Origin: the human T2T-CHM13v2.0 reference genome, Homo sapiens | Direction: 5' to 3' (one strand) | Length of the DNA stretch: 64,000 nucleotides | Assembly (NCBI RefSeq): GCF_009914755.1 | Contig: NC_060944.1 | Shown: positions 53,255-64,000 of the stretch, one piece after another | Numbering within the stretch: position 1 is the stretch's first letter | How the letters are laid out: each line of letters begins with the position of its first letter | Program-made: the position numbers and the translations under genes | The notes under the pieces: model-generated | The model's database searches: none | Told to the model about the DNA's origin: nothing | What the model saw: only the letters and a program-made list of their open reading frames with translations

Positions 53255-53906
53255 AATACCCTTGATTTACCCAGAGGGTGTGGTGGGTCTGCCCTGCCTG
53301 CATCTGATTCACCTTTGTCCCTACCCACCTTTTAATCTCCTCTGCTCAGCACAGGCCAGCCTGGCAGTCAGTGGTTGAAGTATTTGATGAGGAGGTTGAT
53401 AAGAACAAAGAATATCCATCTGTGGGCTGGTGGAGACAATACTGGGGTGAGAGAAAGTAGCCATGAGGATAGAACCCATAAGACAAAGTCCTAAGAGCTT
53501 AGGGGTGAAACTGCAGGCTGGCTCCACCTGAGACACCACTTCCTGCTCAGTCTTTATTCTTTTGAAGAAGAGTCCGCCCAGTCACTGAAGGCCATGAGAA
53601 AACACAAAAACATGTGCAGATCCTCCTTCCACATGTCACTCCCCTCCTCAAAACCTCTCAGCAGTTCCCCCATTGTCCTTGGGCTAAAGAAAAAATCCTA
53701 TCAAGGGTCTTCAAGGCTCTTCATGGACTAGTCCTCACCTCCTTTCCAGTGCCATCTGCTGTCACCTCCACCTACAATCACCACCCAACACATTGCCCTC
53801 TGAAATGTTCCGCCTGAGTCACTTGTCTTTTCCCAAATACACCTTACAGGTTCACTCCTTCATGCCTTTACACAATGTTGCTTCTTTTTTCTGTAAGAAG
53901 CATCCC

Positions 53907-54451
53907 TGTGGAGGGCAGATTCTAAGGTAGCTCCCAGTGATCCTACCTTCTGATATTCTTGCCATTGCTTAATTCCCCCCTTTGAGTCTGGAATGGACCT
54001 AATAACTCTCCTCTAAGTTACTGGAAGAGAAAAACGATGGGATGTCACCTCTGAAATTAGGTAACAAAGACTCTTGTTTGTCTTATTCATCCTTTCTTGG
54101 TTGCTTGTTCTGATGGAAGCCAGCTCCCATGTTGTTAAGGGCCCCACATAGCAAGGAACTGAGAGAAGCCTTTGGCTAGCAACCAGTGAGTAGCTGGGGC
54201 CCTCAGTCCAGCAGCCCATGAGAAATTGAATTCTGCCCTCAGATGAAACCTCAGGACCTCATTAGCCCTCAGATGAAACCTCAGGACCAGTCAACATCCT
54301 GATTGCAGCCTTAGGGGAGACCCTGAGCCTGAGGACTTAATTTATCCATGCCCTGATTTTTGACCCACAAAACTGTTAGATAATGAATGTTTTGGTTTTA
54401 AAATTCTACGTTTGAGAGAAATTTGATGCACAGCAATAGAGAACTAATACA
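53907..54451 (+). mobile_element. MLT1E-type MaLR solo LTR
   Basis: TGTGG..ATTCTAAGGT..CCCAGTGATCC..GCAAGGAACTGAG..TTGCAGCCTT..GCAGCAATAGAGAACTAATACA. Confidence 0.8.
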
Positions 54452-56785
54452 TATACCTTTCAACCTGTCAAAGTCATACTCACTTACTCCAGTATTACTT
54501 GTCCTAGGAAGTCTTCTCTGGCTTCCTGCCCTTCACCTTGGCTGAGTTGGTCAGCCCTCCTGAGTGGTGCCATCATGCCCTGTATTTCCCCATCACAGCT
54601 CCAGACATGGTACCACAATTTCATAATAACTTGTCAGCCTCTCCCTCTGGAATGTGAGTCCTTTGGAACCAGGGCTTGTGGCTTATTCACCTCCATAACC
54701 CCAAACAAGCCCAGTACCTGACACCTAATAATAATACCAAACATTTATTGAGCACTCACTGTATGCCCAGCTAAATTTTCTTTTCAAACTTTATCTCACT
54801 GAAGCCTCCAATTAAGCATCATTAAACCCACTTTACTGATGACAAAATTGAGGCTCAGAAAGATTACACAAGCTAATATGTGGCAGAAGTGGAACTTTAA
54901 CCCAGGCAGCATGGCTCCAAAGTTCTAGCTCTGTGTAGTAAGCACTTGTTGAATGGCTACCCAACTGAGGATGTGCTATGTGGCCACAGGATTGACCACA
55001 GACCCGATATGACTGGGCATCTATGTATCTGCCCCACAGAGGAGTGAGAGCCCCACAAAGTTTCAGAGATAAGTTAGGAGCCAGTGAGCTTCTAACTTAG
55101 GAGCTATTTCCATTCTTGACTTTGGAACAGCTGGGTTGGGATTTCCCGGAAAGCCTGAGCCAGAGGCCAAGACTGAAGCCAGGGAGCAAAGTTAAGTGGC
55201 CAAGTCAGGGGCCAATTAGCCATGGTGAGCTCCCCAGGGATTAGAGTCCCTGAGCCAGGTGAGGACAAAGCCAGGGCTTGAGGGTAGAAGACAACCATCT
55301 GGGAGACCCAGGTCTCTGAAAGCTCATAAATATGTATTCATCCATCCAACCAATTCCACTGTTAAGACGCAAGTCCTGATGTTTATTGAGCATGTACTAT
55401 ATGTCGGGTACTGTCTAGGGCTGGGATAGAACAGTAAACATGTCAGACAAAAATTTTTTTGTCCTTGTGACTTTACATTGTCATGGGGATAGAGAGACAG
55501 GAAGACAATTAAAATGAATAAGGATATTATAAGATAGAAGGTTTTTAAGTACTATGCAGAAATAAATCAAAAAAGGAGGAGAAGGGGGAGCCAGGGTGTA
55601 AGAAGTGTGGATGCATTTAGTAGAATTATCTCATGTGGAAAATGTTAAGAACTTAGCCTGACGTGTAGTATCCATGTAACAAATGTTAATGTTATGACTC
55701 CTACTCTGAGAACAAGGGTGGGGAGGTGTTGTAATTTGTCCTAAAGCTAGCTCAGTGAGTTTTAAGGGGGATACCTCTGTCTTTAGTGTCAGGATTCATT
55801 GAGTCAAGCTCATGAACATTAACATGTGTTGGTTCCAGTGGAAGACAGATTTCTAAGCAATGTGGGAGACTCTGCTGGGATATGGACAACCATAAAACCC
55901 AAGGTCTTCTCTGTGAGTACAAGGATGAGGGAGCAGGTGAATATAAAGTTTACAGTACCACCTGAATAAATCAGCTGGACACAAACCAGCAGCTAGGACT
56001 ACATATGATGGCACACCCAGACCTTGGGCTCTAATCCATCAGGCAGTTCAAGGGACCAGAGGCAGAAGCTGAGATGGAAAGATGGGCGAACAGGCTATGT
56101 TGAGGAAGGTCAAGATCTTCCCATGGCCTCACTCAGTGCTCATCCATGGTTCAGGGCCTGCCCTGAGCAGTACAAGTAACTCTAGCCCCGATGCAGGCTC
56201 ATCTGAGACCTTGACAGCTGCTGGTCTGATCCAAACAGATATCTGGGGAAGTAGGGCTCAGCTTGCAGCTGATGTTGCCAGTCCAACTCCTGAATTCTCC
56301 AAATCACACTCTGCAACATGCATCACCTAGCACTCTTAGGCTGAGATTTTGTATCATGACCACATTTAGAGCCTAACCTCACCCTTCCCCGGCCTAGATC
56401 TATTCAAACATCCTAGCCAACCTCTCTGAACTCCTAGGTATGAGCCCAGAGGCACCCAAGGCATGCCAGGTTTGTCTTAGAAGTACTTGATGGCTTTTTT
56501 CACTCCTGCCCCTTCCTGCCCTCAGCAGTCTCCTGGGGTGACTTCTAATAAACACCTATTAGGTGCCAGACACCATGATCATGTAGTCCTCAGAGCACCG
56601 CTACAAAGGATCTACATTATCCATTTCATGAGATGAGACAACTGGAGCTGCAAGACAGTATGTATACTAAGGAAGGAAGCATGCACACAGGATTTCGACC
56701 CAGGTCCGTGTGATTCCAGCCCATGCTTCTTCCATAAAACCATGCAGCCTCCAGCCCACATTTTTCATCCATAAAATGGGTTCAA

Positions 56786-57016
56786 AATGAGAACACATGG
56801 ACACAGGAAGGGAAACATCACACTCCGGGGACTGTTGTGGGGTGGGGGGAGGGGGGAGGGATAGCATTTGGAGATATACCTAATGCTAAATGACGAGTTA
56901 ATGGGTGCAGCACACCAACATGGCACATGTATACATGTGTAACAAACCTGCACATTGTGCACATGTACCCTAAAACTTAAAGTACAATAATAATAAAATA
57001 AATTAAAATAAAATAA
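56786..57016 (+). mobile_element. Young L1PA (PA3-PA5-like) 3'UTR stub with 13-bp TSD
   Basis: GGACTGTTGTGGGGTGGGGGGAGGGGGGAGGGATAGCATT..GACGAGTTAATGGGTGCAGCACACCAACATGG; TSD AAAATGGGTTCAA at 56773-56785 and 57017-57029. Confidence 0.95.
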
Positions 57017-57799
57017 AAAATGGGTTCAATAGAGCCTACCTCATACAGCTACTGTGAAATTTCCATAAGAAACTACAAAACCTTCAGCACAGGACCTAAT
57101 AAGGGCCTGAGAGAAATGACATCATCTTTCAGCCTTCCTGAGACATCCTGCTCATTGCTTTGAGAAAATAACAGGGTAGGAAGGAAATGGGTATCCTTGG
57201 AAATACTTAGCTCTTTCTTCTCAAGAGAGGAAGCTACTCCCCAGCTCCTGGGCACTCATAACTCTAACCAGGAAAGTGCTCATTTGGTGAGAATCAGGGC
57301 CACACACAAGCCAGGAGCATCTGCTCAAGTATTAAAAGTGAGCCTGTACGGTCCTGCTATTAAACTCCCTGTGGGTGAGCTGGGTTAACGGTGGGGCCTC
57401 ATGTGATAAGTCATTAATCTCTACATGTAATGCAAGAGCTGTACAACTTACTTCAGCCTTAATCTCCCATGAGTTACAGCTTCTTCTGTGATTCATAAAA
57501 CAAATCAATCACACCTCCCAGGCTCTCATCTATTTATTACTGCTTTTTAAGTGCTTGGAGAGGGAGAAACTGGTGGATGTTTTTAATCCCCTCCACATCT
57601 AGGCAGACCTCCACAGGCTGCAGGAAAATGGACTCTATGCCCCAACTCAGGTCACAGACTAAGATTAGTCGAACTCTGAAGCTTGCAAGGAGCAGACAAC
57701 TTTGCATCTATAGCAGCTGGAAGATACCTCCCTATTGCTCAGAAAAGGAACTGGGATCAGGTTTGGTCATCGCCAGCCTGCATCAGGAAGGCTTGTTAG

Positions 57800-58300
57800 T
57801 GTGGTGGGTTTAAACACAACCACACACTTCTTGACACTTCTCTCTTTGAGAGTTAGGATCTCTGTCTGCCCTCCTTGGAATCTGAGTGGTCTTGTGACTG
57901 CTTCAGTAGGATGTGGCAGACATGATGCTATGTGACTTCCAAGGTTTGTCATAAAAGACCACAAAGTTTCCATCTTATTCTCTGGGACACTGTGCTGCCA
58001 CATAAGGAGTCACACCAGAATAGAAACATGTAGTCCCAGCTGAGTCCAGCTTCCAGCCATTCCTGCCAAGATGCCAGATGCATGGAATCAGATTCTCCAA
58101 TCTCCTACCATTCAAGTCACCTCCAAATTTTTTAGTTTTCCCAACTGAGGCCTCAGACAAGCTTTAATGCAGAGTCGAGCAATCCTTACTGTACCCTCTC
58201 TAAATTCCCAACCTACAGAAACTGTGGGCATATTTAAATGGTTGTTTTCTGTATCATTAATTTTGAGGTAGTTTGTTACACAGCGATAGGAACTGTAACC
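57800..58300 (+). mobile_element. MLT1F/G-type MaLR solo LTR
   Basis: TGTGGTGG..CTTGTGACTGCTT..GCTATGTGACTTCCAAGG..CCTACAGAAACTGTG..GTAGTTTGTTACACAGCGATAG. Confidence 0.8.
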
Positions 58301-59478
58301 ATCAGCAAGGAAGCACAGCAGTAGTAGCATAGTAGTAACAAAAGGGAAAGTACTCACTGCATGCCTACTCTCTGTCAGTCACTTTGCATATTTTAGTATT
58401 GCAATCAGTCTTTACCAAATTCCTACAAAGTGGGTGCTATTGTCCGTACTTTACAGAAGAGGGAATGATGGTTCTGAAAGAATAGGTTACCTACCTCAGG
58501 CCACACAGCAAAGATGGTATCCACAGCCCTGGCTATAGATCCAAACTGCTACTTGTTCCTCTGGCCACACTGACTACCAAACAGCTTTGCCTGAATTCTC
58601 TACATATTTCAACTATTTTGCCTAAACTTTTCCAAAGTCATTCAGGTATTTGGCTTTAATTACCTCAATATTTCAACTATTTTTCCTGACTTCGTTGGTG
58701 TCTTAGTAATTTTTACCTAAATCTCTGCTGAGATTATTCCACTGGTGGTGGGTGTGGTGAGGTTGTGGGGGTCTTAGCTTCTTGACCACACCAGGAGCTG
58801 GACAGGAGTGGACACTCCACAGCAAGCCCCAAAACTTGAGGCCTCAGGCATGGGCCTGGCAGTGGGAAGGATCTAGATTGTAAGTCCTCCTGGGCCACTC
58901 ATGTCCATGGGACACTGTCCACAGAAGCAGTATGAGGCCAGGAGAGTGCAAGCTTGACTGCCTGAACTCCCTCTTGGCCTCGTGAGCCTTGCAGAGTGCA
59001 GCTCCTGCCTTCTTCTTGCAAACAATGTCAGCCTTCCAGACACAAGCTATGGCCTGGTGAGTTTCATCTCCTAGTCTTCCCACAAGGAAGCTGCTTAAAC
59101 ACAATTCTGCAAGATCATGGTCCCGCTTCATAGCCGTATGGCATACAACCCCTTCAAGTAGTAGCCCTGGGAGGTGACCTCAGGTGGACAGCATGTGGCT
59201 ACTCAAAATTCATTCGAAGTAGAAGTGGAGACAGCAAGGCATGAGTGTGGAAAGACAAGACAAAGATGGTGCTAACTCCAACCATTAAGTGATACTGTAG
59301 GCCTCCCTCAGCTAAGAACTTAAACTCCCACTCCAGGTTCCCACCATCCATCTACCCTCCAGCCAGGAGGATCTTTTAAGATAAATGAATCAGATCACAG
59401 TTCGCTCTTCATTTAAAACCTTCTAACAGTGTTCTGCCACACAATGGCCAAAAATCCAAACTCTATACCATAGTCTAG

Positions 59479-59646
59479 CAGAGATGCTCAAACTTAGCAT
59501 GCATCAGAATGACCTGTGGGGTTTACTAAAACACAGATTGCTGGGCCTCACCTCCTGAGTATCCGATTTAGCAGATCATGGGTGGGGCTCAAGCATGTGT
59601 ATTCTAACAAGCTCCCAGTGGATGCTGATGCCCCTGAGAACCACTG
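59479..59646. mobile_element. MER5A inserted in an L2
   Basis: CTCAAACTTAGCATGCATCAGAATGACCTG..AAAACACAGATTGCTGGGC..TTCTAACAAGCTCCCAG..TGAGAACCACTG. Confidence 0.88.
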
Positions 59647-61367
59647 GCCCATAGAACCCAGCATATTTTGACTCCTGTTGGCCTCTTCAGCCTCACTCTT
59701 TCCTAACCTAACTCTCATTCACATATACCAAGCCACAAAGACCCTCACTGGGATCCATAAACTCACCTGACTGTTTCTTGCTTTCAGGACCTTAGTGCTC
59801 AGGAGGGCCCTCTATGTGTCCCACTAGTCCCCAGTCCTGAAAACCTTCTCATTCTCCAGGGTTCTGGCTGATGCCATCTCCTAAAACAGCCCTTCCCTCT
59901 CCTCACCCACGAAGGATAACCTCACCCTGGTACCTTTATTCACTGCTTCCCTTCTGTTTGCTTCTTAGCAAGCCTCAATGTGCAATGGGAATTATAACTC
60001 TTTATTTATTGGGGTATCTCTTTGTATATTTGTGAGAGCTTTCTCCTGCCACTTTAGACTATAGGTTCCTTCCAACCAGATTCTGTCTTAATCACCACGG
60101 TAATCCCAGCACCCCACTCCATGACTGTCAAATGGTGGGTGCTCAGAAAATGTATGTTAAATTGGTACATTGCCTTAATTCATTCTCGTTACAACCCTGG
60201 GAGAAAGGAATTGTTAAGCCCATTTTACAGATGAGGAAACAGTTTCAAAGAGGGAAGTCCCATGCTCAAGGTCAAACAGTCAGGCATTGAACCTAGGTCT
60301 GTGGACTCCAAAGGTCTTAACCCACTCTGTGTCCATTGGGGGACAAACAAAGGAGCAGGGCTATTGAGGAAAAATGGTATGGATGAGATACTGGAGAACA
60401 GAAATGAGGCAAGCAAGCAGCAAGGAGGCAGGCAGAAAGGTCAGCTGGCATAAGGACTTGGGCACCCTCCAGACACCCCAGTGCCCTGAGGGGACAAAGA
60501 AACAAATGAGGGTGTTCACCCAGCTCCACATGGAGTCCAGGCAGCTGCTGCCTGAAGCACTGTGGGGTTGCCGCAATTCCACCTTTAGGTGTGAAGGCTT
60601 TTGCTTTTCCACCCCCATCCCCTCCATCAGACTTTCCTCTTCTGGTGTCTCATTGGTCTGGACAGTAGGTGGAGCAGACCATGGACATTGGGAAGGGGCA
60701 GGGTTCAGGGCAAAGGCAGGGCATAAATGGGGGAAAGGAGAAGAGCTGAACCAGACTGGGAACAGGGACACAAGAGGACACCACTGCCAGCTACATCTGC
60801 TTCCAAGAGCTGAGATTCCACAGCCAAAGGTCTTAAACTCCATGATATGAATTTCCCTTCCTGTTGTGCAATGACCACCCTGGCATTGCACCAGAGGGCT
60901 GCGGTCCAGGGGTCAGGCCCCTTTAGGACTGTACCCTGGCCTCATGCTCATGGCCATGTGTTCTCTGGGCAGCAGTGCTGAGCCTGGAAGGAGGGAACCT
61001 CCTACTGGAGACACCTGTAGGGCACTAAGGAGAAAGGGAGAGAAGGAGGTATGGCCTCAGCTTCTGCCTCCACAGCCCAAGCGTCAGCCCGCAAAGAAGC
61101 AGGAATGGGGTACAAGGCTGTGAGCTTCAGGGCAAAGAAGGCCTCCCACAGGGTGCTGCTCAGAGACAGAGGTGGACATCTGCAGAAGATATGCACAAAT
61201 AATCGCCCAGCACCTCAGAAGGTAGATACTCCCAGGAGGCAATGCGCCTCTCCCCAAAAGTGGCATAGAAACCTCTTTCTCCTTCTATATCCCAACTCAA
61301 AAGCTCACTAACAAGGGCTAAGGGCCTCTAGCTTAAAGGCAAAGAGGACATTTGAAAAGACTTTGCT

Positions 61368-61371
<4 letters not shown>

Positions 61372-61411
<40 letters not shown>
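61372..61411. repeat. (GT)20 microsatellite
   Basis: Uninterrupted GT run. Confidence 0.97.
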
Positions 61412-61413
<2 letters not shown>

Positions 61414-62344
61414 ATGTCAAGGTGTACCTGTGTGTTTGTGCATATTCAAAAAAATGGGAGGAGGAAGAAGTAGAGGGTGGATGACAGAAAAAAAGTGTGT
61501 AACCCAGTTAATGTAGGTCTAGAATCCAACAGTGGTCAGTAAGGGGAAAAGACCAGTCCAAATCATTAATCAATCCACCAATAGTTATTTAACTTTATTA
61601 CACGCCAAGCACTACTTTGAACACTTGGGACACAAGAGAAAATGGCACAAACATTAAGCCCTGATTTCATGAAGCTTATGATGTAGTGAGAAATACAGCC
61701 AATACATTTATATACTGTTGAGTATAATAAGACAGATAAAAATAAGGGATGGAGCACTGTGGGAATAAACACCAGAGGACTCTAGGAAGGGAGGCCTCCC
61801 AGAGGAAGCAATATTTAAGAGAACAACTGAAGGGTGCGTAGAAATTAGCTAGGTAAAGTGGCAGGAATGCAGGACAGAAGGGCCAAAGTCTTTCTGATGT
61901 AGAGCAAAGAGCAAGACAGAACATGAGACAGACTGAGATAGAGCCAAGACAAATTAGAAAGAATCTCAAAGAAATAAAAGTAGTAATAATTACTTTAAAG
62001 CACACACTCAAACTAGTTTAACAAAATGTTGTTTTAATTATATCTACCTTAATGAACAGATAAAAACAGTTTGTAATTAGTTCTGTAATTGGTTATGTGA
62101 AAAGAGATGCATCTTCAAGTTCTAAAGCATATGTCCCGTAGACAATTTATGAGAAAAAAAAGATGCTTCTTCAAGTACTAAAGTATGTTGCCCTAAAGAG
62201 CTGTCACATTCCAGTGTCTTGTAGACATATTTTTTTCATGGGTTCTGCAAAAGTAGACTGTATCTTAGTCATGCCTGGATCAGAAACAAAAAGAATTAAA
62301 AAGAGCTTTTACTCTAGATGTAAGTGACTCTACATAGAGCTGAA

Positions 62345-62560
62345 CAGACTGACAGATCTGGGTTCAAATCCCACTTCTGTCACTCACAAGTTCTGTGACC
62401 TTGGGCAATTTCCTGAACCTCTCTAAGGCTCGATCTTTAAAATGGGGATGAAGATAATGCTATTGCATAAAGTTGTTATGAAAACTAAGCAAGGCCACAC
62501 ACACAAAGCACACAGCAGAGTGCACAGCATCTATTTGCATTTAATAAACATCAACTGTTA
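62345..62560 (+). mobile_element. MIR SINE
   Basis: TGGGTTCAAATCCCACTTCTGTCACTCAC..TGTGACCTTGGGCAA..AAAATGGGGATG. Confidence 0.8.
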
Positions 62561-62648
62561 TGTGGACCCATGCATGTTATGTTAATTGGCTACTGTTGGC
62601 ATGACAAACTACTATGAATTTAGGAGCTTAAACAATGCATATTGATTG

Positions 62649-64000
62649 GAGGAACCAAGATGGCCCATTAGAAACAGCTCCGGTCTGTGGCTGTCACTGA
62701 GAAGAATGAAAATGGTGAGTGAATCCCGCTCCATCAACTGAGGTATCCAGGTTCTCTCACTGGGAATGATTAGGATGTTGGCATGACCCACACAGAGCAA
62801 GGAAAAGCTAGTGTTTCCTGACTGCTGGCTGTCTGGATGAGGGGGATTCTTCCCAGTGCAGCCAAACCTGCTCAGCCAAGGGGCAGCCAGACTGCTTATT
62901 TGAGCAGGTCTCTGATTCCATGCCTCCTGACTGGGTGAGACTTCCCAACAGGGGTTGCCAGACACCTCATACAGGAGCTTTCTTGCCTGCATCAGCTCAG
63001 TGCCCCTCTGGGACAGAGCTCCCAGAGGAAGGAGCAGGCAGCCATCTTTGCTGTTCTGCAGCCTCCACTAGTGATACCTCCAGGTGCAAGAGGGACCCAG
63101 GAGAATTGGGTCTGGAATGGTTCCCCTGTAAACTGCAGCAGCCCTACAGAAGAGGGGGTTGTTTGTTAGAAAAACAATCAAACAAAGCAACAACAAGGAC
63201 AACATCAACAAAAAAGACCCCACAAAAACCCCATCCAAACATAACCAGTCTCAAAGATTGAAGGTAGATAAACCCACAAAGATGAGAAAGAATCAGTGCA
63301 AAAGGCTGAGAACTCAAAAAGCTAGAGCACTTTTTTTTCTTCAAATGATTGCAACATCTCTCCAGCAAGGGCACAGAACTGGGCTGAGGCTGAGATGGAT
63401 GAATTGACAGAAGTCGGCTTCAGAAGGTGGGTAATAGTGAACTTTGTTGAGCTAAAGGAGTATGTTTTAACCCAAGGCAAAGAAGCTAAGAACCATGATA
63501 AAACATTACAGGAGCTGTTAACCAAAATAACCAGTTTAGAGAGGAACATAAATGACCTGATGGAGCTGGAAAACACAACCTGAGAACTTCACAAGGCAAT
63601 CACAAGTATCAATAGCCAAATAGACCAAGGGGAGGAAAGGATCTCAGAGCCTGAAGACTATCTTGCTGAAATAAGACAGGCAGACAAGGTTAGAGAAAAA
63701 AGAATGAAAAGGAACAAACAAAACCTTCAAGAACTGTGGTATCATGTAAAAAGACTGAAGCTACAACTGATTGGGGTACCTAAAAGAGACTGGGAGAACA
63801 GAACCGAGTCAGAAAACATACTTCATTATATCATCCAGGAGAACTTCCCCAACCTAACAAGACAGGCCAACATTCAAAATCAGGAAATCCAGAGAACTCC
63901 AGTAAGATGCTCCATGAGAAGATCAACCCCAAGATACATAATCAGATTCTCCAAGGTCAAAATGAAGGAAAAAATGTTAAAGGCAGCCAGAGAAAAGGGT
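62649..64000 (+). mobile_element. L1 (about L1PA8-PA13) 5' end: 5'UTR plus disrupted ORF1, continues past window
   Basis: Starts GGAGGAACCAAGATGGC (YY1 motif); ORF1 starts ATG ~63282 (MRKNQCK..); DELTEVGFRRW..SLERNINDLMELENT..IIQENFPNL..KEKMLKAAREKG; early frameshift and stop at 63581-63583. Confidence 0.95.
63282..64000 (+). pseudogene. L1 ORF1p remnant (frameshift and nonsense)
   Basis: Coiled-coil and RRM-region L1 ORF1 motifs spread across frames with premature stops. Confidence 0.9.

Noticed and set aside
56838-56860. Strong G-quadruplex motif
   Set aside because: It is the standard G-rich tract of the L1PA 3'UTR and is explained by the element.
58844-59131. 95-aa minus-strand ORF in unique sequence and nearby + strand donor CTG|GTGAGT (59056/7)
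   Set aside because: No recognisable homology and no clear exon boundaries; length is expected by chance.
60361-60891. Longest ORFs in the track (176 aa and 158 aa, overlapping on opposite strands)
   Set aside because: No domain similarity, coding-like composition or supporting splice structure that I can see.

Overview
Primate (almost certainly human-lineage) non-coding genomic DNA, judged from AluJ/S/Y and L1PA elements. It looks intergenic or deep-intronic and is dense in old MIR and L2 copies, MaLR/ERVL LTRs and hAT/Tigger MITEs. I can support no intact protein-coding gene, structural RNA gene or CRISPR array. The only recognisable protein sequences are decayed transposon ORFs: an ERVL integrase (~121-790, minus), the L1 ORF2 C-terminus (~25.6-26.9 kb, minus) and L1 ORF1 (63.3-64 kb, plus). 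I could not assign the locus to a named gene. The most distinctive signal not explained by repeat annotation is a recurring set of locally templated rearrangement scars. These include a 161-bp copy placed 1.55 kb from its source, a 100-bp direct copy, a ~97-bp inverted copy with hairpin-flanked junctions, and several fold-back or tandem insertions inside old repeats. There is also a well-formed candidate 105-nt exon and several motif-rich, repeat-free candidate enhancers. I do not see evidence for a new biological system. Repeat subfamily names come from memory of consensus sequences and their boundaries are approximate.
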